NCBI RefSeq assembly: GCF_000315625.1
Contig: NW_005434609.1
Coordinates: 419,503 to 476,957, forward strand
DNA: 57,455 bases
Direction of reading: 5' to 3'
Origin: Guillardia theta CCMP2712
Lineage: Eukaryota; Protista; Cryptophyta
Below, in pieces: positions 1 through 21,616 of this stretch. Below the pieces are notes generated by a model. That model saw only the letters and a program-made list of their open reading frames with translations. It made no database searches and was not told the DNA's origin. Within the stretch, counting starts at the first letter, position 1. Each line of letters begins with the position of its first letter. The translations under genes and the position numbers were made by a program.

Positions 1-419
1 CGAATTTGAATATTTCTCAATCGTTCTGCATGATTCACGCAAAAGCTGAATCTCTTCCAACCACCCACTACACCATCGTCTTCACTTGTTTCGTTTTCCT
101 GCAGGTTAACCTCTCCCTTCCCCCCATCCCTTCCTCCCCTCCCCTGCCACTTCCTCCGCTCCATTTCTCCCTACCTCTCTGTCCTTCCCTCTCCCTCCCC
201 TTCCTTCCTCCCCTTCCTTCCTCCCCTGCGGTCCCCTTTCACACTTTCTCTCCCTCTTCCTCCCTCCCTCCTCCCTCCCTCCTCCCTCCCTCCCTCCCTC
301 CCTCCCTTTCCAACTCCCTCCCTCTTCCTCTCTTCCTTCCTGCTTCTCGGTGGCCTCAAGAGATTTGATTTGTTTGCGTTCGATCTATGCTGACTGTGGC
401 TGCAGCTGTTCAATCAGAT

Positions 420-10039
<9,620 letters not shown>

Positions 10040-11413
10040 GCCATGGGAGGAGCCTGGAGCAAGGAGGTCTCAACAACTGGGAGCAGTAGACGGGAGGGAA
10101 CTTACTCGTGCGATGTACGTGAAGATCCTTTCACCTCGCTCTCTCTCCTTCCAGACTTTTTGGGCATGAAGGCAGGCAGGTCGATACCCTCCTGTCTTAC
10201 CGCATCCTTCTCGTCTACTCTCCTCCTCCCCTCGTCTCTCAGTCTTGTTGCTGCCTGCCGTTGGCCAAGCTGTCAAGTTTGTCAAAAATCAAGCGGCTGA
10301 GGCGGATCCGCCATCATCGGACCGCGGCCGGGGGCCCGGGGCCCGGGGCCCGGGCGGTCGCCCGGCCCATCGGACCGGGTGGACTGATGCTCGGGGCTAT
10401 TGATCTGACTGGCCCGGCTGGCACTGCCGGGCATGCGATCCCCCCCGAGTTTCTGAAGTAGCACAAACAAGAGAATGTTACCAGAGTTCCAAGTCAAGAT
10501 ACTAGTACATCCCGGAGTCCGAGTCGAGTCCGACATGATGAGGCCGGGCCGTCTGCCGCAGTGCGTCAAGTTCACAGTTATGTTGACGGTGGGCAATAAC
10601 CGTTCAAGGATTGTCTATTCTGAAGAAAATTTTCATGCAGGGCTATTAGAAGCCTCAGGAACTTCGCTGGATGCCGCTCAGGCCGGCGCGGTTGGCGACG
10701 GCCCCCGGCCCCGGCGTTACTTGCCACTCTTGAACTCGGCGCTATCTGACTGACCGCATGTACACCTGCATGTACACAGCCTCAGGCTTTCCTCCGGCAG
10801 GCCCGGCCCCCCGGGCCCCGCGGCCCGGCCAGGCCGGAACGGTGACTCCGCAGGCTCGGCCCGGCCGGCGGGCCGACAGGAGTGAGCCTGCCTCGGATTC
10901 TGGCCTCGGAACCTCGACTCGGAGTCGTTGTTTGTGCTGCCTTTCGAAAAAGGTCCATATATTATTCTGGGGCGGAGTTTTACTATCTATGTCTCCTACC
11001 TTGAGAGTACCCGCTACTGCTATTTGAGTAAAACCAATAAGCCTCCTGATCTGATCTACAGGAGGAAGGGAAGGTGGAGGAAGAGGATGAGGCGGTAGCG
11101 GTGACGGAGGAAGCAGAGGAGGAGGAGGAGGAGGAGGAGGAGGAGGAGGAGGAGGTGATGGTGGTGGTGGTGATGATGATGATGACAACGACGACGACGA
11201 CGACGGGAGGCACAGAGAGGCACGTGGGGAGAGAAGAAGCATCGAAGTCAGGTCTCGAAGTTTGATATGACCACAATAATGATAGCGGAAGAGAAGAACG
11301 ACAAGCCTCGCAGACAGAGACTGAAAGCTTTGGTCTGCTTTCATTGTCCTCTTTAGTTTTTTCGAAAAGCAAGAGAATGTGTTTGGTAGGCTAACCATAC
11401 AACCATCGCAACC

Positions 11414-14400
11414 ATGAAGGAGCTGGTTGGATTGAGCCTTAGCCTATACTTATGGCTAGTGTGTCAAGCATGCGCAGTAATCAACACGAATAAACATAGC
11501 AGCGCAAGAAACTTTGTGTCCTCCAAGACACCACAGAGAGCAGCTGGCTACATACGACCTGTTGGCAAACTGTTGATTTCAGGCAACAAGACGGGCGTTG
11601 GGACAAGAGACCTTCTGGAGTTCTTCGGTAGGTTTGGTACAGTGTTGGACGCCTACGTGCTGAACAATCCCTTCTCGCGATCCAAATGGATCGGCTCGGT
11701 GACATTCAAGCACGAGTCAACAGCACATGACATCTCCGACAAGGTCTCAAGGTTTGGAAGCCAGATGGAGATAAAGGGATGCCCGATCATGATCAACCTT
11801 TGGGGAGAGGAGGAGCAGGAGGAGAGGAGAATAGAGCATTCGCTGGCCTCCGACCAGTACAAAGAGCAACGGCAGAAGATGGAGGATGAAGCCGAAGACG
11901 TCGAGTTCAAGTTTCGGAACCGCTGGACAGACCTGCAGTTGGTCAAAGTTGGAGCAATGGATCCAAAACAATTCTGGAGGAGGCACGGGGGGGATGACGA
12001 TGAGAACGAGTCCTGGGAGAGGAGGCTGATATTCAGGCAGACAAATCTCCCAAACTTCCTGCGAGGATCGAACTTCTCGATCGATGCGGTGAAGAACACT
12101 TCCTCTTTGCTCGACATGTATCTGAACCCAGCGATGGGAATGTCCAAAGTGTGCATGAACGGTTGCAACTTGGTTAAAATATGGAGGGAGAGATTGTCGG
12201 CGGCGGCGGCGGCGGCTCATTTCTTCAACCCTTTCAACCCTGAGGTTGTTCGGAGCATGGCGCAAGAGAAGCTGGGAAAAGGAAGGCTGCCGGAGGGGAT
12301 TGAGATCGAACAGAACGAGGGGTTCACCAAGTTTGCTACGGCAGCGAGCGAAAGGAATGAAACGTCGCACCGCAAGACCAGGACCGATCTCCTGCCCATT
12401 CAAATGATGAAGTCCAAGATCTTGAACCTCCTGCGAGGTAACAACATCCTTGTGGTAGTGGGAGAGACCGGATGTGGCAAGAGTACCCAACTGCCCAAGT
12501 ACCTCCTGCGCATCCTTGGAACGGGGAGAGGCCGAATTGCATGCACGCAGCCCCGCAGAGTCGCAACTGTGTCTCTCGCCAAACGAGTCTCGGACGAGCT
12601 ACATCAAGTGATACTCATGAAGTTCAGAGCTCGCTGGCGCTGACGTGCTGATGTAGAGGGTCGGGCAGCTCGTCGGCTACTCCATCAGGTTTGAAGAGGT
12701 CGTCAGCGATTGGACCAGGATCAAGTTCATGACGGATGGGATACTCATCAGGGAGGTCATCGGTGACCCCTGGCTCGAGCAGGAAAGACCGCCCCTTGCT
12801 AGAAGGATAACGTCCCAACTCTTCCATCCCTCCTTTTCATCGATTCATTCGCGATTTCTTGTCTCCTCCTCCTCCTCCTCCTCCTCCTCCTCCTCCTCCT
12901 CCTCCTCCTCCTCTTCCTCCTCCTCCTCCTCCTCTTCCTCCTCCTCCTATCTGATTCATTTTCCTGTCCATGTCTCTTTGCTTGCATCCATCTCCCTGTG
13001 CACCTCGCCTGTGCGGTCTGTGCCTTCGCCTTGAAACTTGTTCTTCTCCCTTGCTGTGCTGTGTTGACTGCGATCACAGTATTCTGCTGTGATCATGGAC
13101 GAGGCGCACGAGCGGAGTATGCATACAGACATCCTCTTTGGTGTCTTGCGCAAGGTTGCGACGAGGAGGAAAGATCTCAAGGTGATTTGTCTTCGTTCTT
13201 TCCCTCTGCACGTAATGCTCTCTGTTGTACTTGCCTTCTACTAGATCATTGTGACTTCTGCCACCATGGACGCTCAAAAATTCTCTTCTTACTTCTGGAA
13301 CGCTCCGATCATCGAGGTGCCGGGGAAAACTTTCCCGGTCGAAATCGACTACACAGCATGTCTGGTGGAGGACTATGTCGAGAGGGTGAGACCAGAGGTA
13401 CTGCGGAGCTGCTGGACGTCTGATGGAGATGGTGCAGGCGATCTCCTCTGTGACCGACATCCATCTAGGAGAGTCGGAGGGGGACATCCTGGTGTTCATG
13501 CCGGGACAGGAGGAGGCAAGTTGTAACGGGGTCAGAGAGTCTTGGCTCACCTCCCCTGCTGGCCGCAGGTTGAGAGCACGAAGTTCTGGCTGGAGAACAG
13601 AATCGACTACCTCAACAGCACCGGAATTGACGTTCCTCCCCTTGAGATCATCCCCGTCTATGGCACCTTGCCAGCTGAGCTGCAGCTGAAGATGTTCAAA
13701 TCAGGTTGCCCGAGGAGAGACGAGGATGTGGGGCTGAAGAGAGTCTGTCAGACCAGGAAGGGAGGAGGAGAGTGATCATAGCAACCAACATCGCAGAAAC
13801 TTCTCTCACTGTCGACGGCATCGTGTTTGTGATTGATTGTGGATACTCCAAGATAAAGTGCTTCGACCCAACCCTGGGTGAGTGATGATGAGCTAGCGAA
13901 AGATTTTGTTGGTAGAAAAGAGGAGGAATCTGACTTGACAGGCCAGGTATCGACGCCCTGCTAGTCGTTCCTGAGAGCAGGGCGAACGCGAAGCAGGTCG
14001 ATCGCAAGTTTCGTCTGCTCATGTGAGGGTCGTGAAGTCACTTGCAGAGAGCTGGAAGAGCAGGGAGGACGAGACCAGGAAAGTGCTTCAGACTGTTCAC
14101 CGAAGAGGTCAGGAGCCGTCAGCCGCGCCAGCTCGCTGACTTGGCCGACGCAGTCGCTGAAGTTGGAGATGCTGGAGGCTCCAGTGCCGGAGATCCTGAG
14201 GAGCAACCTGGGCAACGTAATTCTCCTCCTCAAGTCGATGAACATCGGCAACCTGCTGCAATTTGACCTGATCGACAACCCGCCCAAGGAAAACATCTTG
14301 AATGCCATGTCTCTGCGCCTCCTCTTACATCCCCCTTCCTCTTACCCTCTGCGGTGCCCAGGTATCAACTTTGGATCCTCGGGGCCCTGAACACCGAGGG

Positions 14401-15873
14401 CAGCCTCACGTACCTGGGTAGGAGGAGGAGCAACGGGCGGGTCGGGAGGGGGAGGATGAGAGGAGGTGACAGTGGATGGAGCAGGTCAAGAGATGATTCG
14501 ATTTCCTGTGGAACCCGCCCTCTCCAAACTCGTTTGCGCCTCCAGAGACCTGGGGTTGTCTCCTGCCCTGTGTAAGCTGGGAGCTGAGAAAGTTTCAAGG
14601 TGCCAGTGGGAGTCCGTGGCTCTCGTCTCCCTCCTCTCTGTGGGGGGCCTGCAACAGATCATGTTCTTCCCCGCTGACAGAAAGGTTTGCTCCCCTTCCT
14701 ACCGATCCGTCTGAGAGGGCCGCAGGAGGACTATCAGACTGCCCACTCAAAGTTCTTCCTCTTCGACAGCGATCATCTCACCCTTCTCCACATCTTCAAC
14801 TCGTCAGTCCCAACTTCACTCCTCCCTAACAGATGGTGATGGTGCATGCAGGTGGAAACAGGCTGGAAAGAGCAAGTCCTGGTCGTTCTTCCATTACCTG
14901 CAACACAGGAACCTGCACAAGGTACGGCCGGACCCCGCCAGCACTAGCAAGTGAGAGTCTGAGCAGGCAGCCAATATCGAGAATCAGCTGCGCACAATCT
15001 GCCAGAGGGTGGCCATGGGGAAACCACCAGGGAGGAGCGAGGACGTCCAGGGAGTAAGACAAAGACGTTCACCTCCTCCTCCTCCTGACCTCCTCCCAGT
15101 CGATCAAGAAGGCTCTCTGCAGTGCTTTCCCTCTCAACTTTGCTCGGTATGAGTTTGATCGCCACGCCGCCCCTTCACGTTTCATAGCATGAAGGTCATG
15201 GACCCGTCCATGGAAGAGATCGAGTCGAGCAACAAGCATGCAGACCATCCTTTCTTCAGGTCCTTGCACTCCTCTATTGTTTCCCTACCCCCCTCCTTCT
15301 CCTCCTCCTCTTTCTCAGTATTCTTTCGACAGGATGAAAGCGGACAGGAGCGATCCCGTGCTCGATAGCGGCAGGAGGAAAGGGAATCGTTTCGTTTGCT
15401 CCTTTCAGTGTGTGACCTCCGGCCTCCTCGCATACATACATCCGCAGGTAACGCCCTCCCTGCTTCCGTCTCGTCACCTTACAGCGACTCTCAGAGCGGG
15501 CTGCAAGGGGTTGGGTTCTCCTTGCAGTATGTCATCTACAACGACATCATCTTCACCTCCCGGCCTTACATGAACCTTGTTACTTCGGTTAGTGACTTTT
15601 CTCCGATTCTTTCCCGTCATGTGCTTGCAGATCGACCCCAAGTGGATCATGGAGATGAACCCGAACCTCTACGCCCTCCACAACGTGAACAAGTGGGAGG
15701 AGGAGCAGGAAGCGCAGGACAGAGTTCGCAAGCCAGGGCACGACGAGAACGAACAATCCGAGGGGAAGAAGGCCAAGGGCCCGATCATCTGCCCTGCTGC
15801 ACCTGCGAGGCGGTCGAGGCTCACGAGGGTGCAAGCAGTGTTTCACCAGCTGACAACCAAGGAGAGGAGATAA
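11414..15873 (+). CDS. PRP16: Prp16/DHX38-like DEAH-box splicing RNA helicase with N-terminal signal peptide and RRM-like domain; multi-exon
   Basis: Spliced motifs [56 protein letters not shown] and QRAGRAGR. Prp16-like segments [19 protein letters not shown] and [10 protein letters not shown]. Hydrophobic N-terminus [21 protein letters not shown]. Confidence 0.85.
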
Positions 15874-15940
15874 CGGGGCCGGCATCGCGAAGAGAAAGTA
15901 CTGAGTTTACTTGATCCAGCATGCGGTGAGAGCGCTGCGC

Positions 15941-16159
15941 TTATCGGGTGTACATGGCGATGATGTTGTTCATCTTGTCAGCTCCCTGGCGCGCCTTCTC
16001 AGCGGAGAAAGGATCGTAGAAGCCAGCCTCGTCGAGGGACGCGATCTTGGCCTGCAGCAGCCACGTCAGTGAAGCCCTCCACCCTCGCGCGAGACCCACC
16101 GCCTGCTTGGAGGAGATGGGAGCAGAAGCAAGAATAGTGGTGAAGCACTGTGCGAACAT
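15941..16159 (-). CDS. Small hypothetical protein (about 55 aa, one intron)
   Basis: MFAQCFTTILASAPISSKQA, then a GT..AG intron, then AKIASLDEAGFYDPFSAEKARQGADKMNNIIAMYTR*; coding-like composition. Confidence 0.45.
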   Translation of the reverse strand: MFAQCFTTILASAPISSKQAVGLARGWRASLTWLLQAKIASLDEAGFYDPFSAEKARQGADKMNNIIAMYTR

Positions 16160-16973
16160 CTGCAGCAAGCAGGTCAAGACGAGCAGATTAGGGGCAGAAA
16201 GGAATATTGCTCAGGTATTTGCTGGTGACAGATCGAAACAAACTAACAGAACTCAACAAATGACCAGAATATTTCTCTGCAATGAAGCGACATTTCTAAC
16301 TCATCCAAACCATCTCTTCCAATGAATGTAATGAAGTTGAACGAATACAGTGTAAAGTTCCTTTCACAACTCTTTTCCCCATCCCGTAAGTGTTATCACG
16401 TTCACTCACACAATCACATTCACTTTCTCCTGTCAAGAAAGGAGACAACCTTTGTTTTGTTCATTTGTATACTTCTGTGATCTGATCGTGTACCACCGAA
16501 ATTCTCTCCCTCTGTTCCTCTCCTTTTGCACACTGCTTCTACTTCCATTGTCATCCCGAGCTTTCTCTCTGTCTCCATCTCCCTTCCTTCTCGCCCTCAT
16601 ATATATCACGTCGCTTTCCACACGCCCTGCATTATCCCCATCTCTCTCACTCTGTTTCTCATCCTCCTCACCCACACCTTGTCTCCTCGTCCTGCCAACC
16701 TGCCTGCCTGCCTGCCTGCGCATCTCTATCTCCTCCCGTCCCTTTCTGAGCACTCTCTATCTCACTGCTATGAGCTCTTTCTCTTTCTCACTTTCTGTCT
16801 ACCCGCTACCTCCCTCTATCTTCTATCTATCTCTCTCCCTCTATCTCTCTCCCTCTATCTCTCTCCCTTCCATCTCTCTTCCATCTCTCTTCCATCTCTC
16901 TATCTCCCTTCCATCTCTCTTTCTCTCCCACCCCTTCTGAGCTCTCCCTCCATCTGCTATCAACTTCCGATGA

Positions 16974-17660
16974 CGTCGCTTCGACATGGCCTTTCGAAAT
17001 AGAGCCCCATCCCCACTCATACCAACAAAGTTACATCCTCTCCTCCACATCCCCACTCATACCACCGTCCACTGAAACGGGGGCCTGGAATGGGCTGGTT
17101 CTGGACTTCACGATGACACATCCCTACAACAGCAGCGGCAGCCCCGTCGGACTTTCTGCTCTCTCCGGCCCCGCCCAACAGAAGATTTCCGATCATCGTG
17201 CAAGTTATGGCACCCATCACCCGCCGAAGGCCTTTCTTCCCTTCTGAAGTTCACTGCAGGTACGGATGGTCTTCTTCATGCTGACGCTTTGCGGTTTCTC
17301 TGGTACCTGGCGGATCACCATGGAGCTACGCTGACAGCGGAGTGGGATGGATGCGCTCAGGAGGCGGTGTATGGGGACCCTGGCTTTCATCGCAAGTTTG
17401 CGTGCTCGCCCGGTGTTTCGGCACTGTATCGCTCTCGCATGGGTCTTGCCGTCCTCCTCGCAGGGGCCTTGCGCTACTGCTCTTTGTCCTGATCCTTGTT
17501 CCCCTGCTTGTCGTGCATGCCGTCGCTTACGTGGTTGGAGTGCCGGTTTTCGCTGCCTCCTTCGTTTCCTAGTATTTTATTGAGGCGGGTTTGTTGGCTC
17601 TATCCTCCCCCTCCTTTGTTTGCTCCGGTTTGTCCTTCTTTTTCAGTCAATAAAGAGAAA
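16974..17660 (+). mobile_element. Fossil 3' fragment of an RLE-type (CRE-like) non-LTR retrotransposon
   Basis: Frameshifted reading RRFDMAF...GLVLDFTMTHP...AQQKISDHRASY...AFLPF/TAGTDGLLHADALRFLWYLA resembles an RLE endonuclease C-terminus. It is followed by a T-rich 3' region with AATAAA at 17649. Confidence 0.65.
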
Positions 17661-17913
17661 CGGGTTGAACCCAGCGCCGGGCCCTGGGGCCGTGCCGGCA
17701 GCGGCAGCCGGGGTCGGGCACTGCAGCCGGACCCGGGGTCGGGCCCGGGCACTGCAGCCCGCCCCGGGGCCCAGTGGCATCGGGCGGCCACGGGCAATCA
17801 TTGAATCGATCTGAATCTAGGCTGAGCTGTTCATCACCTGGCTCAGAAGCCCCGATCACACTGCCGTTACTGAGACAGTGCTTAGAAACAAAGAGAGAGC
17901 AAAAGGAATTGCC

Positions 17914-20840
17914 TTATACAGCGTGCACATGGCGTGCTTGATCTCCAGCGTCATCTTCTGGAAAGAGGCTCAACATCTTTGGGCCATCATGGTGCCACAC
18001 TGAAAGAATAATCTTTGCTATACAGAGGAGTATGTGTTGACATAGGCCCAAGATCACCGAGAACTGCCGCGCGTGCATGACGGTCGGACTGCTTTGGCCG
18101 CATGCTATCGAAGGTTCTTTTTCATGTTGGCTAAACGTCTCAGCGCGTTTGTGTCCTTCCTCGGACATGGCCTTGTGGTTGAAACAGCACTGTGACAAAC
18201 TTGGGACTAAGCCCTGGGGAACTTGAATTTACTGAAGAGATTGTCAAGATGTGGAAACAAGTATCGGAGAGCATGAACAAGCTACGCGTTTGACTCGATC
18301 GTATCCATGAGAACATCTCCTGCGTCCGGGGACAGGGACAGAACGAACAGCGCGAGCGATAAAGCACAGGCGATTGCAATGAAGGCCCAGCCCTCCCTGA
18401 GTGCTCCTGTGAGCCTCGAGCAAGCGCAAGAGGAGCTCTCACCAGACTGTGATGATGGTGACGATCACGAAGGCTGCAGATAGACCGACGAGCTTTGAGA
18501 TGCCGTTGCCGATGGCCATGCCTTGGTTTCTGTGGGAGGTAGGGAGGATGGAGGGAGCATACACGTACATCAGCTGGTAAGAGGCCTTCAGACAAACACA
18601 CAGGATCTGCACTTCAAGTCAGCAGTCAGGAGCAGTGGGCTGATAGAAGACGTGCCATGTTGCCAGAGTGAAACAAGGCGAGGCCATGATTGAGCAAGAG
18701 GATGTTCGAGACCGCGATACAAGCAGCTATGAACGCCATGGTCATGATAGCGTAGCGCCGGCCGAAAGACTTATGCCTGCCCCATCGTCAACTCCTCCTA
18801 GCCGTCAATCAAGAAGCTCACTTGACAAGAGTCATCGACACGAGAACAGTCGGAAACTCCGCGAGAGTGAGAGTGAGCATGAGCGCGAACCTCCACCACG
18901 CGTCGAGCCTTACGAGAGAGTGAGGAGGGAGAAAGTGAGTCGAAGACAGGTACTTGAAGACTTGGTGCTCCAGCAAAATGGGATACCTGGGAATGTTCAG
19001 ACCCTGCCAGCAAATGGTAGAGGCAGCCTCACATGTAAACATGTCCAAACATGCCGAACGCCAAGAAGCTCCAGACACAGACCAAGCATATGATGATTCC
19101 ACGCAAAGGCTCCGAAGTTATGTCACGAATCTTTAAACGAAGTTCAGGGGCCTCTGAGGTTGAGAGACGTTTCACCTGCTTCCTCCATGACGACTTTGAA
19201 GAATCAGACTTGTCGCCGGCGCTCTCGATCTTCTTCACCCTTCCCCCCTTTGCACCAACATCACGCAGAGCTAAAAGATGAGGTCGAGGTACTTTGATCA
19301 ACTTGTCGCTGGCTTGATTGGTGAAGGCGATGTAGTTCAGCACTTTGTGCAGCTCGTCTGTCCTTCCCTTGTACAAGAGGAAGAACGGCGACTCAGGCAC
19401 AAAGTAGTAGACGAGAATCAGTCCAATGATATCCGGCAACACTCCTGCAGCAAGAAAGACTTGGTCAGGTAGGGAGTTGAGAGATGCTTCACATGAGCAG
19501 CTTTCATGCTTTCATCTCGTGGACGCCATCGCATCAAGACTGGTATCTTTGTAAGATTGTCTGGACCTCACCTGCAAGGAGAGTTCCTCGCCACCACGGA
19601 CAGTTGGTGGTGCACGAGTATCCGCTCATCAAGAACATGCCCCAAGTCAGAACAATCGTTGATCCTAGCGGAAACGCGATGGCAGGGATGACGAGGACAG
19701 ATCTTGCGTCAAGCATGGCACATCAGAGGTTGTCCTCGGAAAGACTTCACTTGTTTCTCACCTGCTCCTCTGCTTTGATGTAGAGAATTCAGCCATGAGT
19801 ACGACAGCTGTGGGAAACACAAGGCCCATGGAGAACCCAACAAGGCATCTTGAAAAGAGCAGGGTGTACTTTCCTTGTGAAAAGGCTGACAAGATACTGA
19901 TTGGGACGAAGATGGCTCCGTGAATGTAAATCACAGCAAGTCTGAAGGTCGAGGAAGAACATCTCAGATCATATGGACGGTACAACAAAGTCACTCACCG
20001 CCCTATGATGTCGCCGACCCACCCACCCACCAGTGCACCGAAGAAAAACCCGAAGTTCGGCCCTGCTCATTTTGTGAACTTGAAGTTCCAGTGATTGAAG
20101 CGACTTCATACCGCTGATCAGCAGCGAGCGAAAGCTATCCTCCATCTTCCATTCTTCCTTCGGCAGTGCCTGCACAAGTGTGATTCTTCCTTGGAGCCAG
20201 CAAGCACTCTGCAGTCAATGATTGAACCTTCCAGGCAAGGTTGATGATATTCATCTCCATTCCATCCGAAACAATAAACAAGACAAATGCCGTCAAAGAT
20301 ATCAGCTGAAATCTGCAGCCCATGTCATCCCGCTCAAGGTCTCATCTTGAAACATCACCGTCCCCATCCGCATGCGTCGATCTGATCGTGCAGCGTCGGG
20401 TCCTCTACGTCACCGTCCTCCTCTACGCATTTGCTCTTTGGCAAACTGTCTGGAATTTCAGCTAGCGACGGATTGCTCGCTTCAGGATGCAAACGGGAGC
20501 TTCCATTTGCCGTTCCCTTGAGCGCGACTTCTTTTCGATAAATATTGACCAAATTGCAGCGCAAACCAGCTCGAGGAGCTGATCTATGCTTGTGTTGCGG
20601 GGAGTGAAAAGAAATCGACCTGTCCCTGAAGATCTCAGAAACCAGAAGTGAAGCAACCTCAAAACTAGTACGCAAGAAGATCGAATCACATTTCACACTG
20701 CCATTTTCCACACCTTTTCTAGTTCAGCAACCCAAAAACCCTCTCACTAACTTGAAAACGCCTCTGCAGAAGTATGGACTAGACCGAAATTCTCTCATGA
20801 TCCTGGTCTTTTGAGAGCTCATACTCATTTCTCTTTTCAT
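17914..20840 (-). CDS. Major facilitator superfamily transporter, SV2/SVOP-like; multi-exon
   Basis: DQIDACGWGR-FQLISLTAFVLFIVSDGMEM, LLFSRCLVGFSMG...VLMAEF and YYFVPESPFFLLYKGR, plus many hydrophobic exons. Start uncertain. Confidence 0.85.
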
Positions 20841-21616
20841 TGACCATTCTCTACTGTCGCCATATACTTGAAATGAAAAGAGCCCACCATTTCCTGGCGA
20901 TCGTGCGTGATTTCTCTCCACGTGATTTCTCGCCTACTTTCAGGGTTTCACTGGAATCTCCCTTGCCCCCCATGTCATGTTTCAACTTGTCTTCTCTGCT
21001 ATCTCCTCTCCTTTCTCGTTTCCCCTGCTACCTGCTTCCTCTCCTCTCATCTCTTCCCTGATGTTCTCTGTTCGCTTTCGATGCTCGTCGACATTTCTTC
21101 CCTCATTGGCCATGCTTTCGCTTCACGTTCTCGACATCTCCAGCAGGGTCCTGATCGCTACCCCAACCACGTTACCACCCCACCCACCCCACCCCACCCC
21201 CTATACAGCAATATTTCTATTAACCCCCACCACCACTTTATGTATCCACTACCTACCCTTGACTCAACCAGGTTTCTCCACACCACCCCCATGTTGGCAA
21301 AGTCCGTCTCCATGAACCCACCCCTGTATCATCCCAACCGTGGAAGTACCTTGTAGTACCCCACCCCTATGATCTTAAGTCTCATTCATCGAACCCCTAC
21401 CCACTTTTGGTACTGTAAATACCCCCTTCATTCACGTAACCTGCCCTTGGTCCATCATCACCCCTACCACCCACGGCGATCGACTACCCCCTCCTCTCCA
21501 TCTGGTAGGAGAATCTTACACTCGACCCTCATCCCCGCTCATCGATTTGCCCTCATCCCCCAAACTCTCTGCTACGCCTCCCCCCTACAACTACTACTTA
21601 CTTCCCGTGCAAGGCC

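Noticed and set aside
10742-11398. 218-aa minus-strand ORF
   Set aside because: Mostly SSR and GC-rich intergenic sequence with no recognisable domain; a small gene cannot be fully excluded.
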